Source: Gammaproteobacteria bacterium
Lineage (GTDB): Bacteria > Pseudomonadota > Gammaproteobacteria > Steroidobacterales > JABDLF01
Direction of reading: 5' to 3'
DNA length: 64,000 bases
Assembly (NCBI GenBank): GCA_013003115.1
Contig: JABDLF010000002.1
Location: forward strand, 4,186-68,185
Shown here: positions 1 through 9,945 of the stretch, one piece after another
How the letters are laid out: each line of letters opens with the position of its first letter
How positions within the stretch are numbered: the first letter of the stretch is position 1
Program-made: the position numbers and the translations under genes
Notes under the pieces: generated by a model
What the model was told of the DNA's origin: nothing
The model's database searches: none
The model's input: the letters and a program-made list of their open reading frames with translations, nothing else

Positions 1-60
1 GACGTCTGGCCATACTTCTCTCTGTTTAGATTATGACGGGCAAGTTAAGTTCAGGCCGCC

Positions 61-465
61 TTAACGCGCCTCTGCGGCGAGTGAGACGTTTTGGGCACCG
101 GCCTGCCGCGCCTGGTCAATGACCTGCACCAGTAATCCGGCGTCTGCATCCCTGTCCGACACTACCACCACGCTTGCTTCAGGCTTTGCTGCGAGGGCGC
201 TTTGCACATTCGCCTGTACTGCCCGGATATCGACGCGACGGTTGTTCACCTCCACGATGCCCGTAGCCCCGATCCTGATGGCGATCACCGCTGACTGCTT
301 GACCTCCTTCGGCGGCGCGTTGGACGGCCTGCTCACATCAAGCCCAATTTCCTTCACGAACGACGTCGTTACAATGAAGAAGATCAGCATAATAAAAACG
401 ATATCCAACATCGGTGTGATGTTGATCTGTGCCTCTTCGTCCTGACCGCCGTGTCTGCGTCGCAT
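61..465 (-). CDS. exbD: ExbD/TolR family biopolymer transport protein
   Basis: 134-aa ORF with one N-terminal TM segment (ITPMLDIVFIMLIFFIVTTSF) followed by a periplasmic domain, which is the ExbD/TolR layout. It lies 17 nt downstream of an ExbB-type gene on the same strand. Confidence 0.9.
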   Translation of the reverse strand: MRRRHGGQDEEAQINITPMLDIVFIMLIFFIVTTSFVKEIGLDVSRPSNAPPKEVKQSAVIAIRIGATGIVEVNNRRVDIRAVQANVQSALAAKPEASVVVVSDRDADAGLLVQVIDQARQAGAQNVSLAAEAR

Positions 466-482
466 GATTTATGTTACTCCGG

Positions 483-1007
483 TCAGTGGTGCACGAGCAT
501 GTCTTCGAGTCGTTCCACTTCTGTATCTGCCTTGTGTTCCAGATGCGTACTTAAGTAGAGCCCTGACAGTGCTGCAACCAGTCCGGCCATGGTGGGAATA
601 GTGGCCTTGGACACGCCGCCCGCCATGAGTCGCGCATTGCCCGTACCAAAAATTGCCATGATTTCGAAGACCTGGATCATGCCCCAGACGGTGCCGAATA
701 AGCCCAGCAGGGGAAGAATTGCCATCAGAGTCTTGATAATAAGTATCGAGCGATGCGCATCGACTCTCACGCGCGAAATAACCGCGTCACGAATGCGCTT
801 GGCCGCCCAGGACTGCGTGCTTGCACGCGCGTCCCATGCAGTGCGTTCGGCTTCCAGCCGCTTTGGCAATTCCAGGTACAAGAACCAGATGCGCTCGACA
901 ATCAACGTCCACATGAAGATGGTTACGAACAGAATCCAGTAGAGGACGCCACCGCCGGCTTCGAAGAAGTCGCGAATCGCTTCGTAACCGTCGACAAAAA
1001 ATGTCAC
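483..1007 (-). CDS. exbB: MotA/TolQ/ExbB proton-channel family protein
   Basis: 174 aa with three hydrophobic helices and ExbB-type motifs (LPLLGLFGTVWGMI, AGGVSKATIPTMAGL). Its start overlaps the upstream stop (ATGA). Confidence 0.9.
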   Translation of the reverse strand: MTFFVDGYEAIRDFFEAGGGVLYWILFVTIFMWTLIVERIWFLYLELPKRLEAERTAWDARASTQSWAAKRIRDAVISRVRVDAHRSILIIKTLMAILPLLGLFGTVWGMIQVFEIMAIFGTGNARLMAGGVSKATIPTMAGLVAALSGLYLSTHLEHKADTEVERLEDMLVHH

Positions 1008-2356
1008 TGCGGCGGCCTCTCCGAATGCTCGGCTATCAGGCCCGCACTTTGCTCTTCCAGGATCTCAATGAGCGCCTTGCTCTTGCCGGCAACAAAACTG
1101 TGCAGCAGGACCAGGGGTATAGCTGCTACCAGTCCCAGCACCGTGGTCACCAGCGCGGTGGAAATACCGCCGGCCATCAGCTTCGGATCGCCCGTCCCGA
1201 ACAGCGTGATGGACTGGAAGGTCGCGATCATGCCGGTCACGGTGCCGAGCAGACCCAGTAGCGGCGCAACGGCCGCCAGCACCTTGATGATGGCCTGACG
1301 TTTTTCAAGCTTCGGCGTCTCTTTAAGAATTGCCTCATCCAGCTTGAGCTCCAGCGTCTCCGGATCCACCTGGCGATTCTCATGATAGACACCAAGTATT
1401 CGACCCAGAGCGTTGTCTGCCTTCGGCGTGCTGTTTTTGAGCTGCGCCTTGATCTTGCCTCCGGCAAGGGTCAGCGTCAGCAGCCTTTCGAGGGCGATCA
1501 GAACGCCAATGATGCCCAGAATAATAATTACGTACCCGATGGGCCCACCCTGATTGGTGCGTTCCACGAGGGTCGGCGACTGAATGAGCGCCCCGAGGAT
1601 CTGACCGCGCGTGGGGTCAAGGGCCATGGGGTGGACGCCGCTATTGGCATCAAAAAGGTCGCCGGCCATGGAGCGATATCTGCCCGACGGCTGGCTTGGC
1701 AATTCCTGCAGCGTACCGGCTTCCGACAGCCTCAGGAACTTGTCCTCGTGGACGGCATTAAACACGCCTATTCTGACCACGTCCGCCTTGAACGGCTCGC
1801 CGTCTGCACTATTAACGCTGGCCGAAAACTTGGAGACGTTACCTGACGCGACCATGTCTTCCAGCATCAGGATGCGGAGCTGATCCAGGTCATCAATCTT
1901 GGGCATGCCATCAATGGACGCAATGCGGTTGATCTCTTCCTGCCGACCCGGGTACTGCGCGGTCACCAGAGAGTTATCCACGACGCCCTTGAAATCTCCG
2001 ACCACCTGCTTCACGACTCCCTTGAGTTCACCAAGGTTGCCCAGACGAATAGTCAAAGTCTCTTCGAGATCGCGTATCTGGGTTTCATTGCCGTCAAACT
2101 GCTCTTTCAGCGCCGCGCTGCGACGTTCCTCAGCTGCCAGATCGGCCTGTACCCGCTGCAGCATTGCCCGCTGCTGGTTCCGCGCCTGCACAAACTCCGT
2201 TTCGCGCTGCTGATTTTGAGCAGCAATTGCGCTGCGCTCTGCGCGCACGCTTTGCAGCAATTCATTGAGATTGGAAGGATCACTGGCCGCGAAGCCCTGC
2301 CCCGACAAAAGCGCACCCGTGACGGTGATCAAAATAATTTTTGCTGATTTGATCAT
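1004..2356 (-). CDS. Large MotA/TolQ/ExbB family protein (TtpC-like: signal/TM plus coiled-coil N-terminal half, ExbB channel C-terminal half)
   Basis: 450 aa. The N-terminus has a hydrophobic leader and then a Q/E/R-rich coiled-coil-like region. The C-terminal half carries LLGLLGTVTGMIATF and AGGISTALVTT ExbB motifs. The architecture and position match TtpC of Vibrio TonB2 systems. Its start overlaps the upstream stop (ATGA). Confidence 0.8.
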   Translation of the reverse strand: MIKSAKIILITVTGALLSGQGFAASDPSNLNELLQSVRAERSAIAAQNQQRETEFVQARNQQRAMLQRVQADLAAEERRSAALKEQFDGNETQIRDLEETLTIRLGNLGELKGVVKQVVGDFKGVVDNSLVTAQYPGRQEEINRIASIDGMPKIDDLDQLRILMLEDMVASGNVSKFSASVNSADGEPFKADVVRIGVFNAVHEDKFLRLSEAGTLQELPSQPSGRYRSMAGDLFDANSGVHPMALDPTRGQILGALIQSPTLVERTNQGGPIGYVIIILGIIGVLIALERLLTLTLAGGKIKAQLKNSTPKADNALGRILGVYHENRQVDPETLELKLDEAILKETPKLEKRQAIIKVLAAVAPLLGLLGTVTGMIATFQSITLFGTGDPKLMAGGISTALVTTVLGLVAAIPLVLLHSFVAGKSKALIEILEEQSAGLIAEHSERPPQ

Positions 2357-3153
2357 TGTGCTGCCTCCGGTGCATTAAGCGGCACGGTAAGCAGACTCGG
2401 TGCGGCCTGCTTGCGTGCTACGCGCAGCCCCTCTGTAATGTGCTTCCTGTAACTGTCAGGCAGCGATTCCCACTGGCGCGTCTGCTTGTTGTAAAAACCG
2501 GTTTGGCTGCGGTCCAGGGTTTGATAAGCAAGGATCACCCGGCCTAAGCGAAAGAAGTTTACTTCCCGGCTTTCTCCGCCGATTTCGAGATTCGCCGTAG
2601 ACGCCTCCATGTTGCGACTGAAATCAGCCTCAATGGAATACGCCTCCATGATTCGACGATACTTTTCCGAATCAGTCACGTTTGCATCTTCCATCAGGTT
2701 GCGCAATTCCATGACACGATTACGCCGCTCATCAAGGTTGAAAGGCAAATCCAGGTCAATCATCCTGCCGAGATCATCGATCATCGTAAACATCAGCGGG
2801 ATGATGGATTGCTCGATTTCGTCTGCGCCATCTATCTGCGCCTGGATGTCGGCCTTAATGGACTCCTGATCATTCACGAGTGATTGCAAATGACCGTTGT
2901 AGACCCTGATCCGGTCAAGGGCCTGCGACGCAACGCGAAAGTCTCCGAGTAATTCGGCAGTCTGGTTCGCGAGGTTGTCGATTTGCTGCTGCGACTGCTG
3001 CGCTGATTGATCCGCGGCACTTCGCACCTGCATGGCCGTCTTGAGCACGCGCTCTTGCGCACCCGACGAAGACATCATGAACCCGCCAAAAGCGAGCAGA
3101 ATGGCGATTCCGGCTCGACCGGCAAGGCCGTTTCGTTTGTTTAATGTTTCCAT
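2353..3153 (-). CDS. DUF3450-like periplasmic coiled-coil protein, first gene of the TonB2-type cluster
   Basis: The ORF track gives 2353..3168. I prefer the second ATG (METLNKR, 3153) because AAGG lies about 7 nt upstream, and the first ATG has no SD. It has a signal-like hydrophobic N-terminus and Q-rich heptad-like segments. Its position immediately upstream of the large ExbB is as in the conserved marine TonB clusters. Confidence 0.65.
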   Translation of the reverse strand: METLNKRNGLAGRAGIAILLAFGGFMMSSSGAQERVLKTAMQVRSAADQSAQQSQQQIDNLANQTAELLGDFRVASQALDRIRVYNGHLQSLVNDQESIKADIQAQIDGADEIEQSIIPLMFTMIDDLGRMIDLDLPFNLDERRNRVMELRNLMEDANVTDSEKYRRIMEAYSIEADFSRNMEASTANLEIGGESREVNFFRLGRVILAYQTLDRSQTGFYNKQTRQWESLPDSYRKHITEGLRVARKQAAPSLLTVPLNAPEAAQ

Positions 3154-3504
3154 TGACTTACCTTGCATTCTTATAAATGTTCAGCAAAGGATTTCGGCTG
3201 ATATGACAGTCGAATCTAGCAGATATAGGTTCGAATAAAAAGCACAATACGAAGGGGAGTATAGCGTTTGTTTTGTCGATTAACTTAAAGGGCCAGCGAG
3301 GCCTCCCGTCACAGGGCAGCAGTCTGACGAGGCGTCGGCATGCCGCCACTCTAGACTGCAATGCCCAGGCAGAAACCCGTCTCTTAATGCACGCTGACCG
3401 TGGCCCACAACTGCTATCATAATGCGATCGCACAGGCGCAACCGTGCCAACCTGGCTCGCCTCAAAACTGATATATTTTTTCTGCAGTCCCAAAAATCTG
3501 ACGC

Positions 3505-4182
3505 ATGAATATGGAACCCTCGCACCACAACAGCGAAAATCAATATCGCAACGCCGGCTATGCCGTTGTGCGCAACTGCTTTGACGCCAAAAGCATGAAG
3601 GTCATGACAGATTACGCCCTGCTTCTGCGGGAGCAACCGGGCTATTACAACCGCGAACCCATCACCAGCAGTCTCGATCGGTACGCGGATGTGATGGCAG
3701 AGAGTTTGCTGCTGGATCTCCAGCCACTCATAGAACGCACCACCGGGCGAGCGCTGTTCGCCAGCTATTCGTGGCTACGCATCTATTACCCGGGCTCTGA
3801 CCTGCCCCGGCATATTGACCGAAAATCCTGCGAGGTCAGCGCGTCATTGACTATCGGTTTCGATGCAGACCAGGACTGGCCGCTTTGGGTACAAAGCGGC
3901 GGCCGCGATATCCCCGTCGAACTCGCACCCGGTGACCTTCTTGTCTATGACGGCTCGGACGTCCCGCACTGGCGCGAAGAGTTTACCGGCCGCTACTGGA
4001 TTCAGGTCTTCCTGCACTACGTGGATCAGCAAGGCGACCAGACGGCGTACCGTTTCGATGGCCGTCCTGCTATTGGCGCGCCGAAAAAAAAGCGCGTCGT
4101 CAAGTCAGGTGGCCGCAACAAGCCGTGCCACTGTGGCAGTGGACTGAAATTTAAACACTGTCACGGCCGCATCGAGGGTTAG
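3505..4182 (+). CDS. 2OG-Fe(II) oxygenase-like protein with C-terminal SEC-C zinc-binding motif
   Basis: 225 aa with a candidate HxD...H facial triad (RHIDRK ... VPHWREEF). The C-terminus ends KPCHCGSGLKFKHCHG, which fits the SEC-C pattern CxCx8C[HC] (nt 4126..4164). Confidence 0.65.
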   Translation: MNMEPSHHNSENQYRNAGYAVVRNCFDAKSMKVMTDYALLLREQPGYYNREPITSSLDRYADVMAESLLLDLQPLIERTTGRALFASYSWLRIYYPGSDLPRHIDRKSCEVSASLTIGFDADQDWPLWVQSGGRDIPVELAPGDLLVYDGSDVPHWREEFTGRYWIQVFLHYVDQQGDQTAYRFDGRPAIGAPKKKRVVKSGGRNKPCHCGSGLKFKHCHGRIEG

Positions 4183-4928
4183 GAATCGGCGTCGAGCACC
4201 GTGGCGCCCTCCGGCGTGCCAGCACCCACCCTGCTGCCGCATTTTGCTGCGCACCAGCAAACCAGCAAGATCCTTTCACCCTTCTCCACTGGCTCTGCAC
4301 AGTGCACGTAGCGATGATCGGACGGAAAAACCACCAGCATGCCGGCAGAAGGCTTGAGCCTCAGCCCGAAATTTGGAAACGTCAGGCTGCCGCCTTCGAA
4401 TCCGTCGTTTAAGTAAAGCAGAATACTGAAATCCCGGTCCATCGCGCGCTTCCAGCTGCGCGCCCGGGCATCCCAGTTCTCCGCGTCCGCATGAGGGCTG
4501 TAATGTCCGCCAGGCTGATACCTGAGCAGTTCGGGTTTTTCGTACCAGTCAATCTGCGTGCCGTAGTGCCGGCTCACCTGATCGAGAAATATCCCCCGCA
4601 TCACGGCGTGGACGCGCTCGGCGATGCCGTCGATCTCGATATAGTCGGTGACGCGTGCTGCAGACATCCGGGTCAGATTCTCACCGGCTCCAGCATCGGG
4701 TGCCTGCACCGTAGATGGCCGGCCAGCCTGTTCGCGAGCATAGGTGCAAAACGCCTCGCGCAGCTCGGGGGGGAGATAGTCTTCCACGACGACCAGGCCC
4801 GGCGGCAATGAGCGCCGCAGCACCTGCAGACCGGCTGGCTGATCAGCAAACATGCGCTGGCGCGCCTCTGCGCTGCGCAGCCCATCCGCAAAATATCCCT
4901 GGCTGTTGAACGGCGAGGATTCGCTCAT
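4179..4928 (-). CDS. Prolyl 4-hydroxylase-like 2OG-Fe(II) oxygenase
   Basis: P4H-type motifs are present: YQPGGHYSPHADA (HxD), FSILLYLNDGFEGGSLTF, HCAEPVEKGERILLVCW. The start was moved to MSESSPF (4928) because the longer ORF (to 5003) would overlap the icmF 3' end. Confidence 0.7.
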   Translation of the reverse strand: MSESSPFNSQGYFADGLRSAEARQRMFADQPAGLQVLRRSLPPGLVVVEDYLPPELREAFCTYAREQAGRPSTVQAPDAGAGENLTRMSAARVTDYIEIDGIAERVHAVMRGIFLDQVSRHYGTQIDWYEKPELLRYQPGGHYSPHADAENWDARARSWKRAMDRDFSILLYLNDGFEGGSLTFPNFGLRLKPSAGMLVVFPSDHRYVHCAEPVEKGERILLVCWCAAKCGSRVGAGTPEGATVLDADS

Positions 4929-4959
4929 AGGCTGACCTGCAGATCCCGGTGCGACGGCC

Positions 4960-7900
4960 TTACATGTTGCGGCGATACTGCCCGCCGACCTGGTAAAGCG
5001 CATGGGTGATTTGCCCCAGAGAGCAGGACCTGGTTGCGTGCATCAGCGATTCGAAAACGTTTCCACCGCGCGCCGCCGTGTCCTGCAGTTCCCGCAGCGC
5101 TGCCTCAGTATCCTGATCGTGGCGCGTCTGGAAGTTGCGCACCGCCGTCACCTGTCGCTGCTTCTCTTCTTCGGTAGAGCGAATCAGCTCGGGCACCGAC
5201 ACATCCTCTGACTGCTCTGCGTTTTCCGGTCGGAAGGTATTTACCCCCACAATGGGCAGGCTGCCATCATGCTTCTGGGCTTCGTAGTAAAGACTCTCTT
5301 CCTGGATCTTCCCGCGCTGGTACATGGTTTCCATGGCGCCCAGCACGCCACCCCTTTCGGAAATGCGCTCGAACTCTTCATACACCGCCTCTTCAACGAT
5401 TCGCGTGAGGGCATCGATGATAAACGAGCCTTGCAGTGGATTTTGATTCTTGTTGAGACCCAGTTCTTTGTTAATGATCATCTGGATCGCCATGGCACGC
5501 CTGACTGAGGATTCGGTGGGCGTCGTAATGGCTTCGTCAAAGGCATTGGTATGCAGGCTGTTACAGTTGTCGAACAATGCGTACAAAGCCTGCAGCGTCG
5601 TTCGAATATCGTTGAACTGAATTTCCTGTGCATGCAGGCTGCGCCCGGAAGTCTGAACGTGATACTTAAGCATCTGGCTGCGCGAGCCGGCTTTGTAGAT
5701 CTCCTTCATGGCGCGCGCCCAGATTCGCCTTGCCACTCGACCAATCACGGCGTATTCCGGATCCATGCCGTTTGAGAAGAAAAAACTCAGGTTGGGCGCA
5801 AAATCATCGATATGCATACCCCGTGACAGGTAATACTCCACGATGGTGAAGCCGTTGGCGAGGGTAAATGCCAGCTGCGAAACCGGGTTGGCGCCGGCCT
5901 CTGCGATGTGATAACCGCTTATGGATACGCTGTAGAAATTGCGCACTTTGCGATCGATAAACCATGCCTGGACGTCACCCATCATGCGCATGGCAAACTC
6001 GGTGGAAAAAATACACGTGTTTTGCGCCTGGTCCTCCTTGAGGATGTCCGCCTGCACTGTTCCTCGAACCTGAGTCAGCGCCTGTTCGGCAACTTTTGCA
6101 TACGTCTCTTTATCGAGAAGCTGATCGCCGGTAACGCCCAGCAGCCCCAGACCGAACCCATCATTCCCGGTGGGCAGGTCGCCATCGTAGTGAGGTCGCG
6201 TCCGATCTTTGAAATACGCGGCAATCTTTTTTTCGGTTTCCGGCCAAAGACCCGCCTCGTGCAGGTAGCGCTCGACCTGCTGGTCGATTGCCGCGTTCAT
6301 AAACATGGCAAGGATCATGGGAGCCGGTCCGTTGATGGTCATGGACACAGACGTAGTGGGCGCACAGAGATCGAAACCTGAATAGAGTTTCTTCATGTCG
6401 TCCAGCGTTGCGATGGACACGCCGGAGTTGCCAATGCGGCCATAAATGTCTGGCCGGGGGTCCGGGTCTTCTCCGTAAAGCGTGACGGAATCAAAGGCCG
6501 TAGAGAGTCGCGTTGCGGGATGACCGGCCGACAGGTAGTGAAAGCGCCGGTTGGTACGCTCAGGCGTGCCCTCGCCTGCGAACATGCGCGTCGGGTCTTC
6601 CTGCTCCCGCCGATACGGATAGACGCCTGCCGTAAAGGGATACGCACCCGGCAGGTTTTCTTCCAGCAGAAAACGCAGCTGATCGCCCCAGTCGCTGATA
6701 GCTGGCAAGGCGATCTTGGGGATACGCTGATGGCTCAGCGTTTCCACGTAGTTGTCACCGCTTATCTCCCTACCGCGTACCTGGTAAGAGTAGCGATCCG
6801 CTCGCGCTGCTTCAGAACGCGCTGGCCATTCACGCAATAGCTTGCGCGATCGCTGGTCCAGCGCTGCAAGCGCCTCGTTGTATTGTCGCCGCAGCGCCTT
6901 AAGGCTCGCGTCTCCGTCAGCCTCAAGACCCGCCTCATCGTATTCAAACAGCGCGTCGGGCGCGGCAGAATCTTTCAAAAGCGCCAGGGCCTGATAACAC
7001 CCGTGCGCGAGGCTGGCGGCATTGGCCTGCCGCCCGATATCTTCGGCAACAGATCGGGCAGACTCGGCAATTTCCGCGAGATAGCGACTGCGGGCCGGCG
7101 GTATGATTGCGCTGCGCCCGTGACCCGTCGTGCGCCCCGGGTTTTCAAGCGCCCATGGAGTGGCTTGCTCGCCGAGCTTTTTGTTTAACTGCTCGCAAAG
7201 ACAGGCGAACAGGCGATTGACGCCCGGATCGTTAAACTGGCTGGCGATGGTGGGGAACACCGGAACCTCGTCATCGGCCATTTTGAATTCAAGGCGGTTG
7301 CGCTTCCACTGCTTGCGAACGTCGCGCAGCGCGTCTTCCGCACCACGCTTTTCAAATTTGTTAAGCGCTACCACATCGGCAAAATCAAGCATGTCGATCT
7401 TTTCGAGCTGGCTGGCTGCGCCGTAGTCGCTTGTCATCACATACAAAGAGATATCAACAAGATCGACGACCTCGGTATCGCTCTGCCCGATACCGGCTGT
7501 CTCGACAATAATCAGGTCATAGCCTGCGTACTTGAGAAGCTGAACGCAGTCAGACAACACGGCACTGGTGGCGAGATGCTGGCGACGCGTTGCAATGGAG
7601 CGCATATAGATACGTTCGTTCTTCAGACTGTTTAGGCGAATGCGGTCGCCGAGTAATGCACCTCCTGTTCGCCTGCGCGTCGGATCCACCGCCAGGACGC
7701 CGATCTGCAGATCCGGAAAATGGCGCATGAATCGGTTCAGCAGTTCGTCAGTCAGGCTGCTCTTCCCGGCCCCGCCCGTGCCGGTAATACCCACCACCGG
7801 CGGCCTGTTCTCGCTGCTCGCCCAAGTCTCCCTCAGGGCGTCCAGCCCCCCTGGCGCCACCTCCCCGCTTTCGAGCATGGTGATGCTCCGCGCGACGCTG

Positions 7901-8406
7901 TGGGGCACATCGGGCGATAAAGGACCGGGCGCAAAAGCCGGCTGCTCGCGTGCCCGCACCCGTGCAAAGACGTCTTCAATCATGCCGGTCAGGCCCATAC
8001 GCATGCCGTCATCAGGCGTGTAGATTTTTTCCACGCCATAGGCTTCGAGATCGGCGATTTCTGCCGGCGCGATGGTGCCGCCACCGCCGACGACAATGGC
8101 AATGTGACTGGCATTCTTTTCTTTCAGCATGTCGACCATGTATTTGAAATACTCGACATGGCCGCCCTGGTAAGAACTCACCGCGATGCCGTCAGCATCC
8201 TCCTGGAGCGCGGCGTTCACCACTTCAGCCACGCTGCGGTTGTGCCCCAGGTGTATCACCTCGGCGCCCTCGGCCTGCAGCAATCTTCGAATGATGTTGA
8301 TGGCGGCGTCATGACCGTCAAACAGCGATGCAGCCGTCACAAAACGCAAGGGGTCCGCGCGTTTCGGTTCCGGTATTTTTTCCAGGTGCTTGGCCGGGGT
8401 ACTCAT
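4960..8406 (-). CDS. icmF: Fused isobutyryl-CoA mutase (B12-binding domain, MeaB-like G-protein and mutase catalytic domain)
   Basis: 1148 aa. N-terminal B12 domain ([14 protein letters not shown]), a P-loop GTPase ([17 protein letters not shown]) and a long C-terminal acyl-CoA mutase barrel. This domain order is diagnostic of IcmF. Confidence 0.92.
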   Translation of the reverse strand: MSTPAKHLEKIPEPKRADPLRFVTAASLFDGHDAAINIIRRLLQAEGAEVIHLGHNRSVAEVVNAALQEDADGIAVSSYQGGHVEYFKYMVDMLKEKNASHIAIVVGGGGTIAPAEIADLEAYGVEKIYTPDDGMRMGLTGMIEDVFARVRAREQPAFAPGPLSPDVPHSVARSITMLESGEVAPGGLDALRETWASSENRPPVVGITGTGGAGKSSLTDELLNRFMRHFPDLQIGVLAVDPTRRRTGGALLGDRIRLNSLKNERIYMRSIATRRQHLATSAVLSDCVQLLKYAGYDLIIVETAGIGQSDTEVVDLVDISLYVMTSDYGAASQLEKIDMLDFADVVALNKFEKRGAEDALRDVRKQWKRNRLEFKMADDEVPVFPTIASQFNDPGVNRLFACLCEQLNKKLGEQATPWALENPGRTTGHGRSAIIPPARSRYLAEIAESARSVAEDIGRQANAASLAHGCYQALALLKDSAAPDALFEYDEAGLEADGDASLKALRRQYNEALAALDQRSRKLLREWPARSEAARADRYSYQVRGREISGDNYVETLSHQRIPKIALPAISDWGDQLRFLLEENLPGAYPFTAGVYPYRREQEDPTRMFAGEGTPERTNRRFHYLSAGHPATRLSTAFDSVTLYGEDPDPRPDIYGRIGNSGVSIATLDDMKKLYSGFDLCAPTTSVSMTINGPAPMILAMFMNAAIDQQVERYLHEAGLWPETEKKIAAYFKDRTRPHYDGDLPTGNDGFGLGLLGVTGDQLLDKETYAKVAEQALTQVRGTVQADILKEDQAQNTCIFSTEFAMRMMGDVQAWFIDRKVRNFYSVSISGYHIAEAGANPVSQLAFTLANGFTIVEYYLSRGMHIDDFAPNLSFFFSNGMDPEYAVIGRVARRIWARAMKEIYKAGSRSQMLKYHVQTSGRSLHAQEIQFNDIRTTLQALYALFDNCNSLHTNAFDEAITTPTESSVRRAMAIQMIINKELGLNKNQNPLQGSFIIDALTRIVEEAVYEEFERISERGGVLGAMETMYQRGKIQEESLYYEAQKHDGSLPIVGVNTFRPENAEQSEDVSVPELIRSTEEEKQRQVTAVRNFQTRHDQDTEAALRELQDTAARGGNVFESLMHATRSCSLGQITHALYQVGGQYRRNM

Positions 8407-8728
8407 TGGCGCGCACCGACAGTGATGGATTGGTTCATCGCAGCATTATAACTGCTGGCGAGACAGTCTCTTCTGTCTGCTGCAATGCAGCACATGCACG
8501 CCCTTCTGTTTTTTCTGAAATCAGCGACTATAATTGCGGCCCGAATTCCAAGACGCGTTGCGCGAAATTGTTACGGGCGCACGCACCGTTCGAATCCGAC
8601 CAATGTTTTGATCCGTTTTTCTAAGGATCACGAGTCGGCTTCAGACCAGAAGGCCCAGGTTGATCCGGAAGGTTCCGGACGAGCGAACACCTGAGCAGAA
8701 CATAAGCACAATTTTATTAGGAGCGAAT

Positions 8729-9850
8729 ATGAAGCTTTTCGAAGAAGTTGGGCGCATGGGCCACGAACAGGTGGTTTTTTTCCAGTGCGAAACCAGCGGT
8801 TTGAAGGCTATCGTTGCCATTCACAACACAATTCTCGGCCCGGCCCTCGGCGGTCTGCGCATGTGGCCCTACGCGAGTGAAGACGAGGCTGTACGGGACG
8901 TGCTGAGGCTTTCCCGGGGTATGACTTATAAAGCCGCCGTGGCCGGCCTGAATTTAGGCGGCGGCAAGGCGGTGATCATGGGCAACCCGGAGACTGACAA
9001 ATCCGAAGCTCTTTTTCGCTCATTCGGGCGCTTTATTGGCAGCCTCGGACACCGGTACATTACGGCTGAAGACGTTGGCACGACCGTTAATGACATGGAA
9101 TACATCTATCAGGAAACGGACCGGGTCGTCGGCGTGCACCCGGTTCACGGCGGCAGCGACGATCCCTCACCGTTCACCGCCTTTGGCACCTTGTGCGGCA
9201 TTCGTGCGTGCCTGAACAAGAAATACGGCGATGCGACGGTCAAAAACCGCAGTTTCTCCGTGCAAGGCGTGGGCAGCGTTGGCATTCACCTGGTGAGATT
9301 GCTGCGCGAAGAAGGGGCCAAGGTGTTCGTGTGCGATATCAATCAGGATCGCGTTTCTCGCGCCGTAGACGAACTCGGCGCTGAAGCAGTGGGCATGGAC
9401 GAAATTTATGACGTAGAAGCCAACGTATTTGCACCCTGTGCGCTGGGAGGCGTCATCAACGAGAACACTGTTCCCAGACTGAAAGTCGACATCGTGGCAG
9501 GCAGCTCGAACAATCAGCTTGAATCCGGCGAATGGGGCACGGCGCTTGAAGAGCGTGGCATCGTTTACGGGCCGGACTATGCAGTCAATGCAGGCGGACT
9601 TATGAACGTGGCGATTGAATTGCAGGGCTACAACCGCAAGCGTGCGACGCAGCTCGTCAGCACCATTTATACGAATATTGAAATGATTTTCAGAATTGCC
9701 GAGCGGGACGGTATCCCGAGCTGGCGCGCGGCAGACAGGCTCGCGGAAGAACGCATAGCTGCCATCGGCCACATCAAGAAACCGTTCACCAGGCGCAACA
9801 AGGACAGACTTTCCGGCCGGTCACCCAGTGCAGGAACTGCCAGTCACTGA
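8729..9850 (+). CDS. ldh: Leucine (Leu/Val/Phe-type) dehydrogenase
   Basis: Motifs of the Glu/Leu/Phe/Val dehydrogenase family: GPALGGLRMWPY, KAAVAGLNLGGGKAVI, and a Rossmann GVGSVG. The start is set at the ATG at 8729, preceded by AGGAG; the longer track ORF starts at 8660. Confidence 0.88.
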   Translation: MKLFEEVGRMGHEQVVFFQCETSGLKAIVAIHNTILGPALGGLRMWPYASEDEAVRDVLRLSRGMTYKAAVAGLNLGGGKAVIMGNPETDKSEALFRSFGRFIGSLGHRYITAEDVGTTVNDMEYIYQETDRVVGVHPVHGGSDDPSPFTAFGTLCGIRACLNKKYGDATVKNRSFSVQGVGSVGIHLVRLLREEGAKVFVCDINQDRVSRAVDELGAEAVGMDEIYDVEANVFAPCALGGVINENTVPRLKVDIVAGSSNNQLESGEWGTALEERGIVYGPDYAVNAGGLMNVAIELQGYNRKRATQLVSTIYTNIEMIFRIAERDGIPSWRAADRLAEERIAAIGHIKKPFTRRNKDRLSGRSPSAGTASH

Positions 9851-9945
9851 TCGGAGTCGCCGAATCGCGCCGGTATCCCATGCGGCAAAAAGGCGCGGAA
9901 GCACGGCCCTGATCTTGACTGTCCCAAACAAGCGGAGCGCACAAG

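Noticed and set aside
1-13. Possible start of another minus-strand gene (ATG GCC AGA CGT ..., MARR) downstream of exbD, perhaps a second ExbD or TonB.
   Set aside because: Only four codons fall inside the window. That is too little to call a feature, so it is mentioned only as context.
3158-3636. 111-aa and 118-aa minus-strand ORFs in the DUF3450/oxygenase intergenic region.
   Set aside because: They have no RBS, are Cys/Arg-rich with odd composition, overlap each other and the oxygenase start, and are most likely non-coding.
8584-8600. GTTCGAATCC, the canonical tRNA T-loop sequence, in the icmF-ldh intergenic region.
   Set aside because: The flanking bases do not form a T-stem (CACCG versus CCGAC), and I could fold no acceptor or anticodon arms. 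It is probably a chance match.
8407-8728. A cobalamin riboswitch might be expected upstream of the B12-dependent icmF.
   Set aside because: I could not find a B12-box-like element or the conserved paired regions on the minus strand. B12-dependent enzymes themselves are also not typical riboswitch targets.
9861-9900. Imperfect hairpin (CGCGCC ... GGCGCG) between ldh and ivd, considered as a terminator or attenuator.
   Set aside because: It has a large irregular loop and no U-tract. I cannot tell from sequence whether ldh and ivd are co-transcribed.
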